A program made the translations under genes and the position numbers. This document shows positions 50,234 through 61,015 of a DNA stretch of 64,000 nucleotides, piece after piece. The notes under the pieces were generated by a model. That model saw nothing but the letters and a program-made list of their open reading frames with translations, ran no database searches and had not been told where the DNA came from. Positions within the stretch are counted from its first letter, which is position 1, and the number at the start of each line of letters is the position of its first letter. Source of the DNA: Paracoccaceae bacterium (GTDB lineage Bacteria; Pseudomonadota; Alphaproteobacteria; Rhodobacterales; Rhodobacteraceae); contig CBDEFR010000009.1 of assembly GCA_965237505.1 (NCBI GenBank), forward strand, positions 1,900,776-1,964,775, written 5' to 3'.

Positions 50234-51958
50234 ATGAACGTTTTTGCCGATATTCGCGCTGCCGTGATCGCAGGCCTAGACGCAATGGTGGCCGAGGGCG
50301 CGTTGCCGGACGGGCTGGACTTGGGCAATGTAAGTGTTGAGCCGCCGCGTGATGCTGCACATGGCGACATGGCAACCAATGCGGCGATGGTTTTGGCCAA
50401 GACTGCCGGGTCAACGCCGCGCGGCATCGCTGAAGACTTGGCGGCCCGGCTTGCCAAAGACACGCGGATTGACAGCGCCGAAGTGGCCGGGCCGGGGTTT
50501 ATCAATCTGCGCCTTGCGGGCGGTATCTGGCAGGATGTGGTGAGCGCGGTGCTGGCGGCGGATGCTGACTTTGGCCGTTCGGGCCTGGGGGCCGGGCAGC
50601 GGGTGAATGTCGAATTTGTTTCGGCCAACCCGACCGGCCCATTGCACGTCGGCCACACCCGTGGCGCGGTGTTTGGCGACGCGTTGGCGAGCCTGCTGGA
50701 TTTCGTCGGCTACGCGGTCACGCGCGAATATTACATCAATGACGGCGGTGCGCAGGTCGATGTGCTGGCGCGCTCGGTCTATGAACGCTATCGCGAGGCC
50801 TGTGGGCTGAGCCCGGAAATTGCCGAAGGGTTGTATCCCGGTGATTATCTGGTGGTGGTGGGCGCGGCGCTGAAGGACAAATACGGTAATGGCCTGATCG
50901 ACCAGCCAGAACGTGTCTGGCTGAACGGTGTGCGCGAATTTGCCACGGCTGCGATGATGGATCTGATCCGCGACGATCTTGCAGCCCTGGGGATCAGCAT
51001 GGATCAATTTTTCAGCGAAAAATCGCTCTATGGGTCGGGGTCAATTGAAGCAGCACTCAAGGCGCTGGATGATCGGGACTTGATTTACGACGGTGTGCTT
51101 GAGCCGCCCAAGGGCAAGTTGCCAGACGATTGGGAGCCGCGCGAGCAGACCTTGTTCCGTTCAACCAGGCTTGGCGATGACGTTGACCGGCCGGTGAAAA
51201 AATCTGACGGCTCATGGACCTATTTTGCGCCCGACATTGCCTATCATCATGACAAGGTCAGCCGTGGCTTTGATCAGTTGATCGATGTGTTCGGCGCCGA
51301 TCACGGCGGTTACGTCAAACGGCTGAAAGCGGTGGTGAGCGCGTTCAGCGACGGCAAAGTGCCGCTTGATGTCAAGCTGACGCAACTGGTGCGGCTGTAC
51401 AAGGATGGACAACCCTACAAGATGTCCAAACGGGTCGGCAATTTCGTGACCCTGCGTGATGTTGTCGATCAGGTCGGCGCCGATGTGACGCGCTTTGTAA
51501 TGTTGACGCGCAGGAACGACGCGCCGCTGGATTTTGATTTTGACAAGGTGCTGGAGCAGTCCAGGGACAACCCGGTGTTTTACGTGCAATACGCCCACGC
51601 CCGGGTGTGTTCGATGCTGCGCAAAGCGAATGAACGCAAAATCGCCCTGAGCGATCGCGCGCATCTGGAGGATGCGGCCGAGTTCGCGGTGGCAAAAAAA
51701 CTTGCTGAATGGCCGCGTCTGGTCGAGATTGCGGCGCGCAGTCACGAGCCGCACCGGGTGGCATTTTACCTGTATGATCTGGCCAGCGAGTTTCATGCGC
51801 TGTGGAACCGTGGCAACGACAATCCGCGCATTCGCTTCCTGCAGGACGGCGACGCGGCCGCCTCGGCTGCGAAAATCGCCCTGCCGAGGGCGGTAGCCGT
51901 TGTTATTTCTGCCGGTCTTGGTATCCTGGGAGTAACCCCGGCCACGGAAATGCGCTGA
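50234..51958 (+). CDS. argS: Arginine--tRNA ligase
   Basis: 574 aa. ..[14 protein letters not shown]... and the KMSKR motif. Confidence 0.95.
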   Translation: MNVFADIRAAVIAGLDAMVAEGALPDGLDLGNVSVEPPRDAAHGDMATNAAMVLAKTAGSTPRGIAEDLAARLAKDTRIDSAEVAGPGFINLRLAGGIWQDVVSAVLAADADFGRSGLGAGQRVNVEFVSANPTGPLHVGHTRGAVFGDALASLLDFVGYAVTREYYINDGGAQVDVLARSVYERYREACGLSPEIAEGLYPGDYLVVVGAALKDKYGNGLIDQPERVWLNGVREFATAAMMDLIRDDLAALGISMDQFFSEKSLYGSGSIEAALKALDDRDLIYDGVLEPPKGKLPDDWEPREQTLFRSTRLGDDVDRPVKKSDGSWTYFAPDIAYHHDKVSRGFDQLIDVFGADHGGYVKRLKAVVSAFSDGKVPLDVKLTQLVRLYKDGQPYKMSKRVGNFVTLRDVVDQVGADVTRFVMLTRRNDAPLDFDFDKVLEQSRDNPVFYVQYAHARVCSMLRKANERKIALSDRAHLEDAAEFAVAKKLAEWPRLVEIAARSHEPHRVAFYLYDLASEFHALWNRGNDNPRIRFLQDGDAAASAAKIALPRAVAVVISAGLGILGVTPATEMR

Positions 51959-52056
51959 CAAACCGGCGCTGCCGAAATGATCCGGGGGAGGCAGAGGCAG
52001 ATTAGCCGCGCGGGTGAGCACGCGGGTGAACACCTGACGGCGGGCAGTGAGGCAAA

Positions 52057-52974
52057 ATGGCGGACATTAAATATGGTGATGCCGTGGGCGGGGCGACCCC
52101 CACGCGCGCGGTGAACATGGTTGCGGTGATCAACTGGCTTGGAGCGATTGTATCGCTTAGCCTGATCGCGGGACTGGGGTATTGGGGCTATCAGTTGATT
52201 GTGCGCGACGTCTCTGGCGTGCCGGTGGTGCGGGCGCTGGAAGGCCCGATGCGGGTGGCTCCGGATGATCCGGGCGGGCTTGACGCCCAGCACCAGGGTC
52301 TGGCGGTGAACACCATCGCCGCTGTGGGCGAGGCCGAAGCACCGGCGGACCGGTTGGTCTTGGCGCCAAAGCCGACGGCGCTGGCATCTGAAGACCAGAC
52401 CAGAGCGGCGTTAAGCGCGGTGCAAACTGATGATAAGGGCGGCGAACCTACCGCGCTGACCAACACAGCCGAGGCCGTTGAGCCGGAAATAATGGATCAG
52501 GCCAGCCTGATCGATGCCGCGTTGCGACAAGCGCAAGACACATCGGCGGTTTTGGCGGTGACTGGTCCGCCGAGCGACGTCATCGCCGCACACATCGCCG
52601 GCGTTTCACGGTCGTTGCGCCCGATACTGCGGCCGCCAGCGATCTTGGCGTCACTGACAGCGGCACCGGCGGCAAGTTCGCAACCATCCGGTGTTCGCAC
52701 CATCGACCCTGACCAAATTCCGGTCGGTACCCGGTTGGTGCAACTGGGGGCGTTTGAGACCGCAGAGATCGCGGCGCAGGAATGGCTGCGGCTGGCGGCG
52801 CGCTTTGATGACTTCATGGCCGAAAAATCCCGCGTCATCCAGCAGGCGCAATCGGGCGGCAAGGTATTTTACCGGCTGCGCGCGCATGGCTTTGAAGACT
52901 TGTCGGATGCGCGCCGGTTCTGTTCGGCCTTGCTTGCGGGGAGGGCCAACTGCATCCCGGTCGTCACCCGGTAA
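52057..52974 (+). CDS. SPOR-domain protein
   Basis: It has an N-terminal TM segment, a low-complexity linker, and a C-terminal SPOR domain (..VQLGAFETAEIAAQEW...YRLRAHGF..). Confidence 0.7.
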   Translation: MADIKYGDAVGGATPTRAVNMVAVINWLGAIVSLSLIAGLGYWGYQLIVRDVSGVPVVRALEGPMRVAPDDPGGLDAQHQGLAVNTIAAVGEAEAPADRLVLAPKPTALASEDQTRAALSAVQTDDKGGEPTALTNTAEAVEPEIMDQASLIDAALRQAQDTSAVLAVTGPPSDVIAAHIAGVSRSLRPILRPPAILASLTAAPAASSQPSGVRTIDPDQIPVGTRLVQLGAFETAEIAAQEWLRLAARFDDFMAEKSRVIQQAQSGGKVFYRLRAHGFEDLSDARRFCSALLAGRANCIPVVTR

Positions 52975-53979
52975 ATGGGCCAAGGCGCCTATATCCTTGG
53001 CTGCGAGGGTGTACGCCTGAGCGCTGAGGAAAAAGCGTTCTTTTCCCAGGCGCAGCCCTGGGGGTTTGTCCTGTTCGCCCGCAATGTGGCCACGCCCGAG
53101 CAATTGCGTGCCCTGACCAGCGAACTGCGTGCAGCCGCGAGCCGGGATGCGCCGGTACTGGTGGATCAGGAAGGTGGCCGGGTGCAGCGCCTGCGTCCGC
53201 CGCACTGGCGCGACTGGACGGCGCCGCTTGATCAGGTCGCGGCGGCGGGCGCGGCGGCAGAACGCATGATATGGCTGCGCTACCGGATCATCGCCGAAGA
53301 ACTGCGCGGCGTCGGGATTGACAGCAATTGTGCGCCGATGCTCGATATTGCGGGCGCGATCACGCACCCGTTTCTGCGAAATCGCTGTTACGGACACAAC
53401 GCCATGGATGTCACCCAACGGGCCGCGGCGGTTGCTGCCGGGCTAATTGCAGGCGGCGTGCTGCCGGTGATGAAACATATTCCGGGGCATGGGCGCACGG
53501 TTACGGACAGCCATTTGCACCTGCCGACCAGCGATGCGTCACTGGCCGAGTTGCAAGCCACCGATTTTGCCCCATTCAGGGCGCTGGCGCATCTGCCGAT
53601 GGCACTGACTGCGCATATGGTGTTTTCGGCGATCGATCTGCGCCCGGTCACGACCTCTGACACGATGATCGCGCTGATCCGCAACGACATCGGCTTTGAT
53701 GGCCTGCTGATCACCGACGATCTGTCGATGGAGGCTTTGCTGGGGCCGGTGACTGATCGCACCTGCGCCGCACTGGCTGCCGGCTGCGATGTGGTTCTGC
53801 ATTGCACCGGCGATTTGCGCGAAATGCGCGCGGTGGCCGAAGCGGCGGGCATGATGCCAGAGCCCGCACAGGCGCGCGCTGACGCAGCGCTGGCGGCGCG
53901 TCAACCGATTGAGTCGATTGACATCGCTGCAGCCGAGGCCGAACTTCAGGCGATCTTAAAAGGCCGCGCCTATGTCTGA
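52975..53979 (+). CDS. nagZ: Beta-N-acetylhexosaminidase (GH3)
   Basis: ..VLVDQEGGRVQRL...KHIPGHGR...LITDDLSM.. Confidence 0.85.
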   Translation: MGQGAYILGCEGVRLSAEEKAFFSQAQPWGFVLFARNVATPEQLRALTSELRAAASRDAPVLVDQEGGRVQRLRPPHWRDWTAPLDQVAAAGAAAERMIWLRYRIIAEELRGVGIDSNCAPMLDIAGAITHPFLRNRCYGHNAMDVTQRAAAVAAGLIAGGVLPVMKHIPGHGRTVTDSHLHLPTSDASLAELQATDFAPFRALAHLPMALTAHMVFSAIDLRPVTTSDTMIALIRNDIGFDGLLITDDLSMEALLGPVTDRTCAALAAGCDVVLHCTGDLREMRAVAEAAGMMPEPAQARADAALAARQPIESIDIAAAEAELQAILKGRAYV

Positions 53980-54760
53980 CAACGTGCTCGTATTTAGCGA
54001 AGATCCGGTCGGCTCGCGGCTGGCGGCAGAGGCGCTGATTGTCGATGTCGATGGCTTTGAGGGGCCGCTGGACCTGCTGTTGATGCTGTCGCGCACGCAA
54101 AAGGTCGATCTGCGCAAAATCTCTGTTCTGCAGCTTGCGGTTCAGTATTTGGCGTTTATCGAGGAGGCCAAGACTCTGCGCATCGAGCTGGCGGCGGATT
54201 ATCTGGTGATGGCGGCCTGGCTGGCGTTTCTGAAATCGCGGCTGCTGCTGCCGCCTGAGGCGGGCAACGAGGGACCGTCGGGCGATGAGCTGGCCGCGCA
54301 TCTGGCGTTTCAGCTGGAACGTTTGCAGGCGATGCGCGAAGCAGCTGCACACATCATGGCGCGCGATCAGCTGGGGCGCGATTTCTTTGCGCGCGGCCTT
54401 GTCGAAGATGTGACCAGAGTGCGTCGCATCAGCCGGACTGCGACGCTGCTTGATCTGATGCAGGCTTATGCGCGGATCCGCACGCGCGACGATTTTCGGC
54501 CCTACACAATGGAGCGCGACCGGATCCTGACGATGGAACAGGCGCTGGAACGGATGCGAATGCTGATCGGGTTTGCCGATGACTGGACCGATCTGATCAG
54601 CTATCTGCCGGACGGCTGGAGCGCTGATCCGGCGCGGCGACGCTCGGCCACCGCGTCAACTTTTGCGGCATCGCTTGAACTGGCCAAGACCGGCACCATT
54701 GAGTTGCGCCAGAGCGAAGTTTTTTCGCCGATACAGATACGGAAGAAGACGCATGATTGA
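53972..54760 (+). CDS. scpA: Segregation and condensation protein A
   Basis: ..FEGPLDLLLMLSRTQKVDLRKISVLQLA.. Confidence 0.85.
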   Translation: MSDNVLVFSEDPVGSRLAAEALIVDVDGFEGPLDLLLMLSRTQKVDLRKISVLQLAVQYLAFIEEAKTLRIELAADYLVMAAWLAFLKSRLLLPPEAGNEGPSGDELAAHLAFQLERLQAMREAAAHIMARDQLGRDFFARGLVEDVTRVRRISRTATLLDLMQAYARIRTRDDFRPYTMERDRILTMEQALERMRMLIGFADDWTDLISYLPDGWSADPARRRSATASTFAASLELAKTGTIELRQSEVFSPIQIRKKTHD

Positions 54761-55385
54761 ACAAGACGACGAAAGCCTGTTTGAAGCGCCGCCCATGAGC
54801 GAGCAGGAACGGATGGTAGAGGCCATTCTGTTTGCCACGGCAGGCGCGATCACAGTGCCTGATTTGAACGCCCGTATGCCGCACGGCGCGGATGCGGCGC
54901 AAGCGCTGGCGCTGTTGCAAAAACGCTATGCGGGCCGCGGTGTGCAGGTGGTGAAGGTCGGTGATACCTGGGCGATTCGCACGGCAGCCGATCTTGGGTT
55001 CCTCATGCAAAAGGAAACGGTCGAGATCCGCAAATTGTCGCGCGCCGCCAACGAAACGCTGGCCATCGTCGCCTATCACCAACCGGTCACCCGCGCCGAA
55101 ATCGAAGAAATACGCGGAGTGTCGGTTAGCCGGGGCACAGTGGACATGCTGCTGGAACTGGAATGGGTCCGGTTCGGCCGGCGCCGGATGACGCCCGGAC
55201 GCCCTGTGACTTACGTTGTGACGCAGAATTTCCTGGATCATTTCGGGCTGGAGAGCGCGCGTGATCTGCCGGGTCTGAAAGAACTGCGCGCCGCCGGCCT
55301 TCTGGAAAACCGGCCCCCACCCGGGGCGGAGCCGCCCGATGGCGCCGCCGAAGAAGACCAAAGCGACATGTTTGAGGACGACTGA
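54753..55385 (+). CDS. scpB: Segregation and condensation protein B
   Basis: ..MVEAILFATAGAITV...ETLAIVAYHQPVTRAEIEEIRGV... The start overlaps the scpA stop. Confidence 0.85.
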   Translation: MIEQDDESLFEAPPMSEQERMVEAILFATAGAITVPDLNARMPHGADAAQALALLQKRYAGRGVQVVKVGDTWAIRTAADLGFLMQKETVEIRKLSRAANETLAIVAYHQPVTRAEIEEIRGVSVSRGTVDMLLELEWVRFGRRRMTPGRPVTYVVTQNFLDHFGLESARDLPGLKELRAAGLLENRPPPGAEPPDGAAEEDQSDMFEDD

Positions 55386-55407
55386 GACCGCCAAGGAGGG
55401 TCATCAG

Positions 55408-55623
55408 ATGAATATGAACCGGATTATCAACATGTTCCTGCGGGTGTTCATGCGCAAAATGATGAGCCGCGGAATTGACGCCGGGATAAACATGGCGTCG
55501 CGGCGCAGTGGCTCCAAGGAAGAGATGACACCCGAGGAAAGAAAACGCGCACGCAGGGCCCGAAAATCGGCGCGCAAGGCCCGGCAAGCGGCGAAACTGA
55601 CGCGGCGCATGGGGCGGTTCTGA
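55408..55623 (+). CDS. Small basic hypothetical protein (71 aa)
   Basis: It has a strong RBS (CCAAGGAGGG), an amphipathic N-terminus and an Arg/Lys-rich C-terminus. I cannot make a family call. Confidence 0.45.
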   Translation: MNMNRIINMFLRVFMRKMMSRGIDAGINMASRRSGSKEEMTPEERKRARRARKSARKARQAAKLTRRMGRF

Positions 55624-55912
55624 CTGCAAGATATTGCCACGCCGGATGGCGTGAACTCATTTATCCCGCGTCGGTCGGGCCCATTTGGCAAACAAGAAAT
55701 TAACGCATTTCGGGAAATTAAGGGGTTACCGGGTTAGTCCGATGCGTCCATTACCTGAGCACGCAAGGCCAGCGCCCGCCCGGGCGGGGCGGGAAGCCAA
55801 AACTGATGCAACGATCTGTCGAGCAGCCATATCGACAACTAGACGGTCGAAATGATCGCCGATGCGATCGCACTAAGTGCGCCTGATTCAGGGATCGCCG
55901 TTATTCGCGATA

Positions 55913-56064
55913 GGCGCTGTGCCGGGATGGGAAAGCGGCGCGACGGATGTTGGCGATTGCCCTGGTTCTGGATGGGGTTGACCGCAAGACGGCGGCAGAA
56001 AACTGCGGCATGGATCGGCAGACGTTGCGGGATTGGGCCCACCGTTACAATGCGGAGGGCGTGT
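55913..56064 (+). mobile_element. Internal ~150-bp fragment of an IS630 copy-1-type element
   Basis: It matches 1772-1924 of copy 1 with only a few mismatches and has no IS ends. Confidence 0.8.
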
Positions 56065-56505
56065 GGCAAGCCCCGCAGGCACCGCCGACCGCCCCCATTG
56101 CCCCTGGAGCTCGGCGAGCCCGATGGCGGCGGCGCTTTCCATAGCGGACGCGGCATCGGCCAACCCGGCGAACTTGGCATCAAGATCGTCGAGGTTATCC
56201 CAGATCACTGGCAACGCCGCGGTCCCCTCAGTCGCTTCGGAATCCGACCCGGCGGGCCAATAGCCGGCTTTGCTCAACCGTGACAGTGCCACCAGATTGG
56301 CGGCGGCGCCCACAGCAACCTCGGCGTCATAGTCCATATCTCCCTTTGCCATGGCGCTAAGAATACCGATATTGTGCAAGTTAAGGCGCATGTGCGATTG
56401 GCGCGTTGTGACGGCACGGTCAAACTGGCCGGCATGGCTGCCAGCAAGCACGGCGGTGACCGCAATCGCCAGTCCGGCAGCGGCCAAAGCGAATTTCCTG
56501 ATCAT
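56063..56505 (-). pseudogene. Cytochrome c' (class II c-type cytochrome), frameshifted and 3'-truncated
   Basis: A signal peptide and four-helix-bundle body run up to ..IGLAELQG. The heme motif (MGAVGGACGACH) is in the +1 frame, after a G-run at 56101-56104. It abuts the IS630 fragment right after the His codon. Confidence 0.75.
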
Positions 56506-56604
56506 TGGTCGATCTCCCTGCTTTCAAAATAATTTGCGTGCTGAAAGAATAGATGTGAGAAAAATCATGGGTAGTCTGAAAATTTGCAGTATGTTGGTTA
56601 ATAA

Positions 56605-57470
56605 ATGCACAGCAAAGAAAATTGGGACGATCTGCGCTATATTTTGGCGGTGGCCGAGCACGGTTCGGTCAGTGCCACGGCGCGGCACCTGGGTGTGAAT
56701 CACGCAACCGTGCTGCGTCACGTTGCGGCATTCGAGGCGCGGCACCAGATCGAACTGTTTGAAAAGTCCGCGCGCGGTTACGGCTGCATGCGGATCGTCA
56801 AAGGATCATGAATGCGGTGCGTGAAGTTGACGGCGCGGTCACCGCGGTGGAACGCGCTATTCGTGGTGTTCAGGCGCCGCCGAGCGGCATCGTTCGGGTG
56901 ACGTCGACCGATACGTTTTGTATCGCCGTGCTGCCCGGCGTGATTTCGGGGTTTCATAGCCAAGAGGGCGCGATCCAGATTGAGTTGATTGCCACCAGCG
57001 AGTATCTCGATCTGTCTCGCCTCGGTGCCGACATCGCCGTGCGTCCGACCCCAGAATTGGACCCCGAACTGGAAGGCAAAGTTGTCGCCGAGCTGGGCTT
57101 TGACGTCTTCGCCGCTGCAGGCGTGCCAAAAGATCGCTGGCTGGCGCCAACCGGCACGCTGACCCGGTCGGTTGTTTCGGGCTGGATGACTGACAATGTC
57201 AGCGCATCGATGATCGCCGGGTCGGCCGATAGTTTCCTGTCGCTGCGCGAACTTGCGGCGGCGGGAATCGGGCAGGTTATCTTACCAACGATTCTGGGCA
57301 AGTCTGATCCACGGCTTAGCCGACGCCGCGGCCTGCTGCCGGATTTCACGGTCAATATCTGGGTTGTTTGCCATCCGGATCTCGCGGGCGTGCCGCGCAT
57401 TCGCGAGGTACGAAGAATGCTGGCAGCGGCACTATCTGCTGACGCAGACCGGTTGGCAGGGCGCCTCTGA
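56605..57470 (+). pseudogene. LysR-family transcriptional regulator, frameshifted
   Basis: The HTH part ends ..FEKSARGY and then hits a stop. The -1 frame continues RLHADRQRIMNAVREVDGAV... to 57470. One C is missing at about 56781 (TACGG for TACCGG). Confidence 0.8.
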
Positions 57471-57628
57471 TGGCATTTGTATAAGCGACATATTGCAGGA
57501 TACCGGAATTGATGTGGCGGCGTTGAGTCCGCCAAGCGCTAGGCGCGCGGACAAAGTTTCGTGGCTTGACGGTTATGACGGATTGATGCGGCTTTTCGCC
57601 CCATCGGCAATCGGTTAAGCCGGTAAGC

Positions 57629-58246
57629 ATGGAGCTTGTCGTTGAAAACCTGTCGTGCGCGCGCGGCGGTGTGCCTGTGCTTGAGGGGGTGAATTTCACC
57701 CTGAGCGGCGCATCGGTGCTGGTGCTGCGGGGGCCGAACGGGTCGGGCAAGACCACGCTATTGCGCACCATCGCCGGGTTGCAGCCGGCATCGGCGGGTT
57801 CCGTTCACCTGGCCCCGGATGCGATTGCTTACGGAGCGCATGCGGACGGATTGAAGGCGACGCTGAGCGTGGCGGACAATCTGGCGTTCTGGGCCGGGAT
57901 TTATGGCACCGGGTCCATAAACACAGCGCTTGCAGCGTTTGATTTGACGGCGTTGGCAGGCCGCGCGGCGCAAAACCTGTCGGCCGGGCAGAAACGGCGG
58001 CTGGCGCTGGGGCGTTTGCTGGTCACCGGGCGCCCCATTTGGGTGCTGGACGAGCCGACGGTGTCGCTTGATCAGGCAAGTGTTGTGAAGTTCGGCGCGG
58101 CGATCAAGGCGCATCTGGCGGGCGGAGGGTCGGCCCTGATCGCCAGCCATATCGATCTGGGTCTGGATGCGGCAACACTGGACATCTCGCAGTTTCGCGC
58201 CACCGCGCTGATCAGTGCGGACGGCTTTGACGAGGCGTTTTCATGA
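57629..58246 (+). CDS. ccmA: Heme exporter ATP-binding protein CcmA
   Basis: [12 protein letters not shown] and LSAGQKRRL. Operon context also supports the call. Confidence 0.9.
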   Translation: MELVVENLSCARGGVPVLEGVNFTLSGASVLVLRGPNGSGKTTLLRTIAGLQPASAGSVHLAPDAIAYGAHADGLKATLSVADNLAFWAGIYGTGSINTALAAFDLTALAGRAAQNLSAGQKRRLALGRLLVTGRPIWVLDEPTVSLDQASVVKFGAAIKAHLAGGGSALIASHIDLGLDAATLDISQFRATALISADGFDEAFS

Positions 58247-58899
58247 GCCGTCTGTTGTGGCGCGATCTGAAGCTTGCGATGCGCGTCGGCGGTGGATTTG
58301 GGCTGGGGCTGGCGTTTTTTCTGATTGTCACGCTGCTGGTGCCGTTTGGCGTCGGGCCGGAGGCCGCGCTGTTGAGCCGGATCGCGCCGGGCATCCTGTG
58401 GCTGTGGGCGCTGCTGGCCTGCCTGCTGTCGCTGGACCGGATATTTCAGCTGGATTACGAGGACGGCAGCCTTGATCTGCTGGCCACAGCACCAATTCCA
58501 ATGGAAAGCGTGGCGGCGGTAAAGGCGCTGGCGCACTGGATCACCACCGGCCTGCCGCTGACCCTGGCAGCGCCGGTGTTCGGGGTGTTTCTGAACCTGC
58601 CGGCGGACGGATTTGTCTGGCTGGTGGTGTCGCTGGCGCTCGGCACCCCGGCGCTGTCGATGATCGGGGCGTTTGGGGCGGCGCTGACCGTAGGGCTGAA
58701 ACGTGGCGGGCTGTTGCTGTCGCTGCTGGTGCTGCCGCTGTATGTGCCGACGCTGATTTTCGGCACCGAGGCGGCGCGGCGCGGCGCCGAGGGGCTGGCC
58801 ACCGGCACGCCGCTGTTGATGCTTGCCGGGATCACGGCGGGGGCGATTGCGCTGTTGCCGTTTGCGGCAGCGGCGGCGATCCGGGTCAACCTGCGCTAG
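58243..58899 (+). CDS. ccmB: Heme exporter permease CcmB
   Basis: 218 aa with six TM segments. It overlaps ccmA by 4 nt. Confidence 0.9.
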   Translation: MSRLLWRDLKLAMRVGGGFGLGLAFFLIVTLLVPFGVGPEAALLSRIAPGILWLWALLACLLSLDRIFQLDYEDGSLDLLATAPIPMESVAAVKALAHWITTGLPLTLAAPVFGVFLNLPADGFVWLVVSLALGTPALSMIGAFGAALTVGLKRGGLLLSLLVLPLYVPTLIFGTEAARRGAEGLATGTPLLMLAGITAGAIALLPFAAAAAIRVNLR

Positions 58900-58933
58900 A
58901 CGGGATTGCGCCGCGGGTGCGCTGCGTCGCGGT

Positions 58934-58969
58934 GCCTCCGGCGGGGATATTTTGGCTGCAAAGAAGGGG
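58934..58969. repeat. Forward copy of the dispersed repeat (GCCTCCGGCGGGGATATTTTGGCTGCAAAGAAGGGG)
   Basis: It lies 35 nt downstream of the ccmB stop, inside the unusual 281-bp ccmB-ccmC gap. Confidence 0.65.
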
Positions 58970-59180
58970 TTCGGGGGAGTGTTTCAGCGACAAACGGGCG
59001 GAGTGCGGGTAAGAAACAGGTTTGGATCTTGGTTCATTTACCTGCAACAACTTCCGCTGGCGGGTGGGCGGCGGCCTTGTCTGCATATCTGCATGATGGG
59101 AAGGTCAGGCCATCAGTCCCGGTGCTTTGAGGATGCGGCACTAGGGGGCCTTGTGAGCCAATCGGCAAGCGCGTAAATAA

Positions 59181-59915
59181 ATGCCCATGTCAATCTGGGA
59201 ATACGCAAATCCACGCAGGTTCATGGGTTGGAGCCAACGTCTGGCGCCGGTCTTTGGGGTGCTGGCGGCGATTTGTCTGAGCGTCGGCATCGTCTGGGGC
59301 TATTTTTTTACCCCGGATGACTCCCGCATGGGGGCGACGGTCAAGATCATCTATATCCACGTGCCGAGCGCGATGATGGCGATCAATGTCTGGGTGATGA
59401 TGCTGGTCGCCTCGCTGATCTGGCTGATCCGGCGGCACCACGTGAGCGCCCTTGCCGCCAAGGCAGCAGCCCCAATTGGCGTGACGATGACACTGATCGC
59501 GCTGATCACCGGGGCGATCTGGGGCCAGCCGATGTGGGGCACCTGGTGGGTCTGGGATCCGCGGCTGACCTCGTTTCTGATCCTGTTTCTGTTTTATCTC
59601 GGCTACCTGGCGCTGTGGCAGGCGATCGAAAATCCGGACACTGCGGCTGATCTGACCAGTGTTTTGTGCCTGGTGGGGTCGGTGTTTGCGCTGCTCAGCC
59701 GCTATGCGGTGATTTTCTGGAGCCAGGGCTTGCATCAGGGGGCATCACTGTCGCTGGACGCCGAAGAAAACGTATCCGACGTGTTCTGGCAACCGCTGGT
59801 GATCACCTTGGCCGGGTTTGGTTTGCTGTTCATCGCGCTGGTGCTGATCCGCACGCGAACCGAGATCCGCGCGCGCCGCGTGCATGCGCTGGTGGCGCGC
59901 GAGCGGACCGCCTGA
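59181..59915 (+). CDS. ccmC: Heme exporter protein CcmC
   Basis: It carries the WGTWWVWDPRLTS tryptophan-rich motif. Confidence 0.9.
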   Translation: MPMSIWEYANPRRFMGWSQRLAPVFGVLAAICLSVGIVWGYFFTPDDSRMGATVKIIYIHVPSAMMAINVWVMMLVASLIWLIRRHHVSALAAKAAAPIGVTMTLIALITGAIWGQPMWGTWWVWDPRLTSFLILFLFYLGYLALWQAIENPDTAADLTSVLCLVGSVFALLSRYAVIFWSQGLHQGASLSLDAEENVSDVFWQPLVITLAGFGLLFIALVLIRTRTEIRARRVHALVARERTA

Positions 59916-60067
59916 TGCCTGATCTGGGGAAATACGCAACCGAAGTTCTGTCGGCGTATGGCGCGACAATTGTTCTGCTGGCAAGCCTGATCTGGCTGAC
60001 CTGGCGGCAATCGCGCGCGGTGCGGCGTGCGTTGGATGCAGCCGAGGCACGCCAGTCCGATGGCTGA
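59915..60067 (+). CDS. ccmD: Heme exporter protein CcmD (50 aa)
   Basis: This is a small single-TM ORF (MPDLGKYATEVLSAYGATIVLLASLIWLTW..) between ccmC and ccmG. Confidence 0.75.
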   Translation: MPDLGKYATEVLSAYGATIVLLASLIWLTWRQSRAVRRALDAAEARQSDG

Positions 60068-60593
60068 ATTCAAACCGCTGATGATCGCGCCGCCGCTGCT
60101 GTTTGCCGGCCTTGCAGTGATGTTCCTTTGGGGCATGAACCGCGGTGATCCGGATGCCTTGCCATCGGCGCTTGCGGGCAAACCGATCCCGGTACTGGAG
60201 CTGAGCCAGCTTGGCGACATTCCGTCTTTTGATGAGGATACCCTGCGCCAGCCGGGGGTGAAGCTGGTGAATTACTGGGCCAGCTGGTGTGGGCCGTGCC
60301 GGGTTGAGCATCCGACCCTTGAAGCACTCGCCGCAGAGGGCGTGCCGATCTATGGCATCAATTACAAGGATGATCCCAGAAAAGCGCTGAAATTTCTGGC
60401 TGAACTGGGCAATCCCTATGTCGCCGTGGGCGCAGACGAGACCGGGCGCACGGCGCTGGAGTGGGGCGTTTACGGAGTGCCTGAGACTTATGTGGTGGAC
60501 GGTAATGGCGTGATTGTTCTGCGGCTCGCGGGGCCGCTGACGCAAAGAGTTCTGAAAAACACCGTTCGCCCGGCGATAGAACGGGCAAATTAG
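60060..60593 (+). CDS. ccmG: Thiol:disulfide interchange protein CcmG/DsbE
   Basis: It has an N-terminal anchor, the WASWCGPC active site and GVYGVPETY. Confidence 0.9.
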   Translation: MAEFKPLMIAPPLLFAGLAVMFLWGMNRGDPDALPSALAGKPIPVLELSQLGDIPSFDEDTLRQPGVKLVNYWASWCGPCRVEHPTLEALAAEGVPIYGINYKDDPRKALKFLAELGNPYVAVGADETGRTALEWGVYGVPETYVVDGNGVIVLRLAGPLTQRVLKNTVRPAIERAN

Positions 60594-61015
60594 CCAAAAT
60601 AGCTGGCCGCGACCGCCAAAAGCAAAAGCACCGCTGTTTCCAGATAAGGCGCTGGAACGCGTCTGGCAAATTTGGCGACGAGTCTGGGATTTTGCTGCAT
60701 TTGCCGAGATTGCGCGGGTTTCGTTAACAAAGCCAGAATTTTGGAAACCGGCATTAGAAACAATGCGTTTCGCAATCATGAATTCGCCTGTGGCGTTCTT
60801 AATGAGGATTAGGCAGCCAGATTGCCAACATGATAGCGCCGAGCGGGTCTTGTGAGCTTGTGTGGATGGCGCCGCAGATTGGCACTTGATGGGCAACAGT
60901 CGCGGCAAATATTTTTACCTGGTGCATCATATCGCCTGAATCTGGCCACATTGGAATGGCATCTGGACCGGCAACCTGGGTCGTGCGGCATTTGAACTCG
61001 AATTGTCTGGATGTC

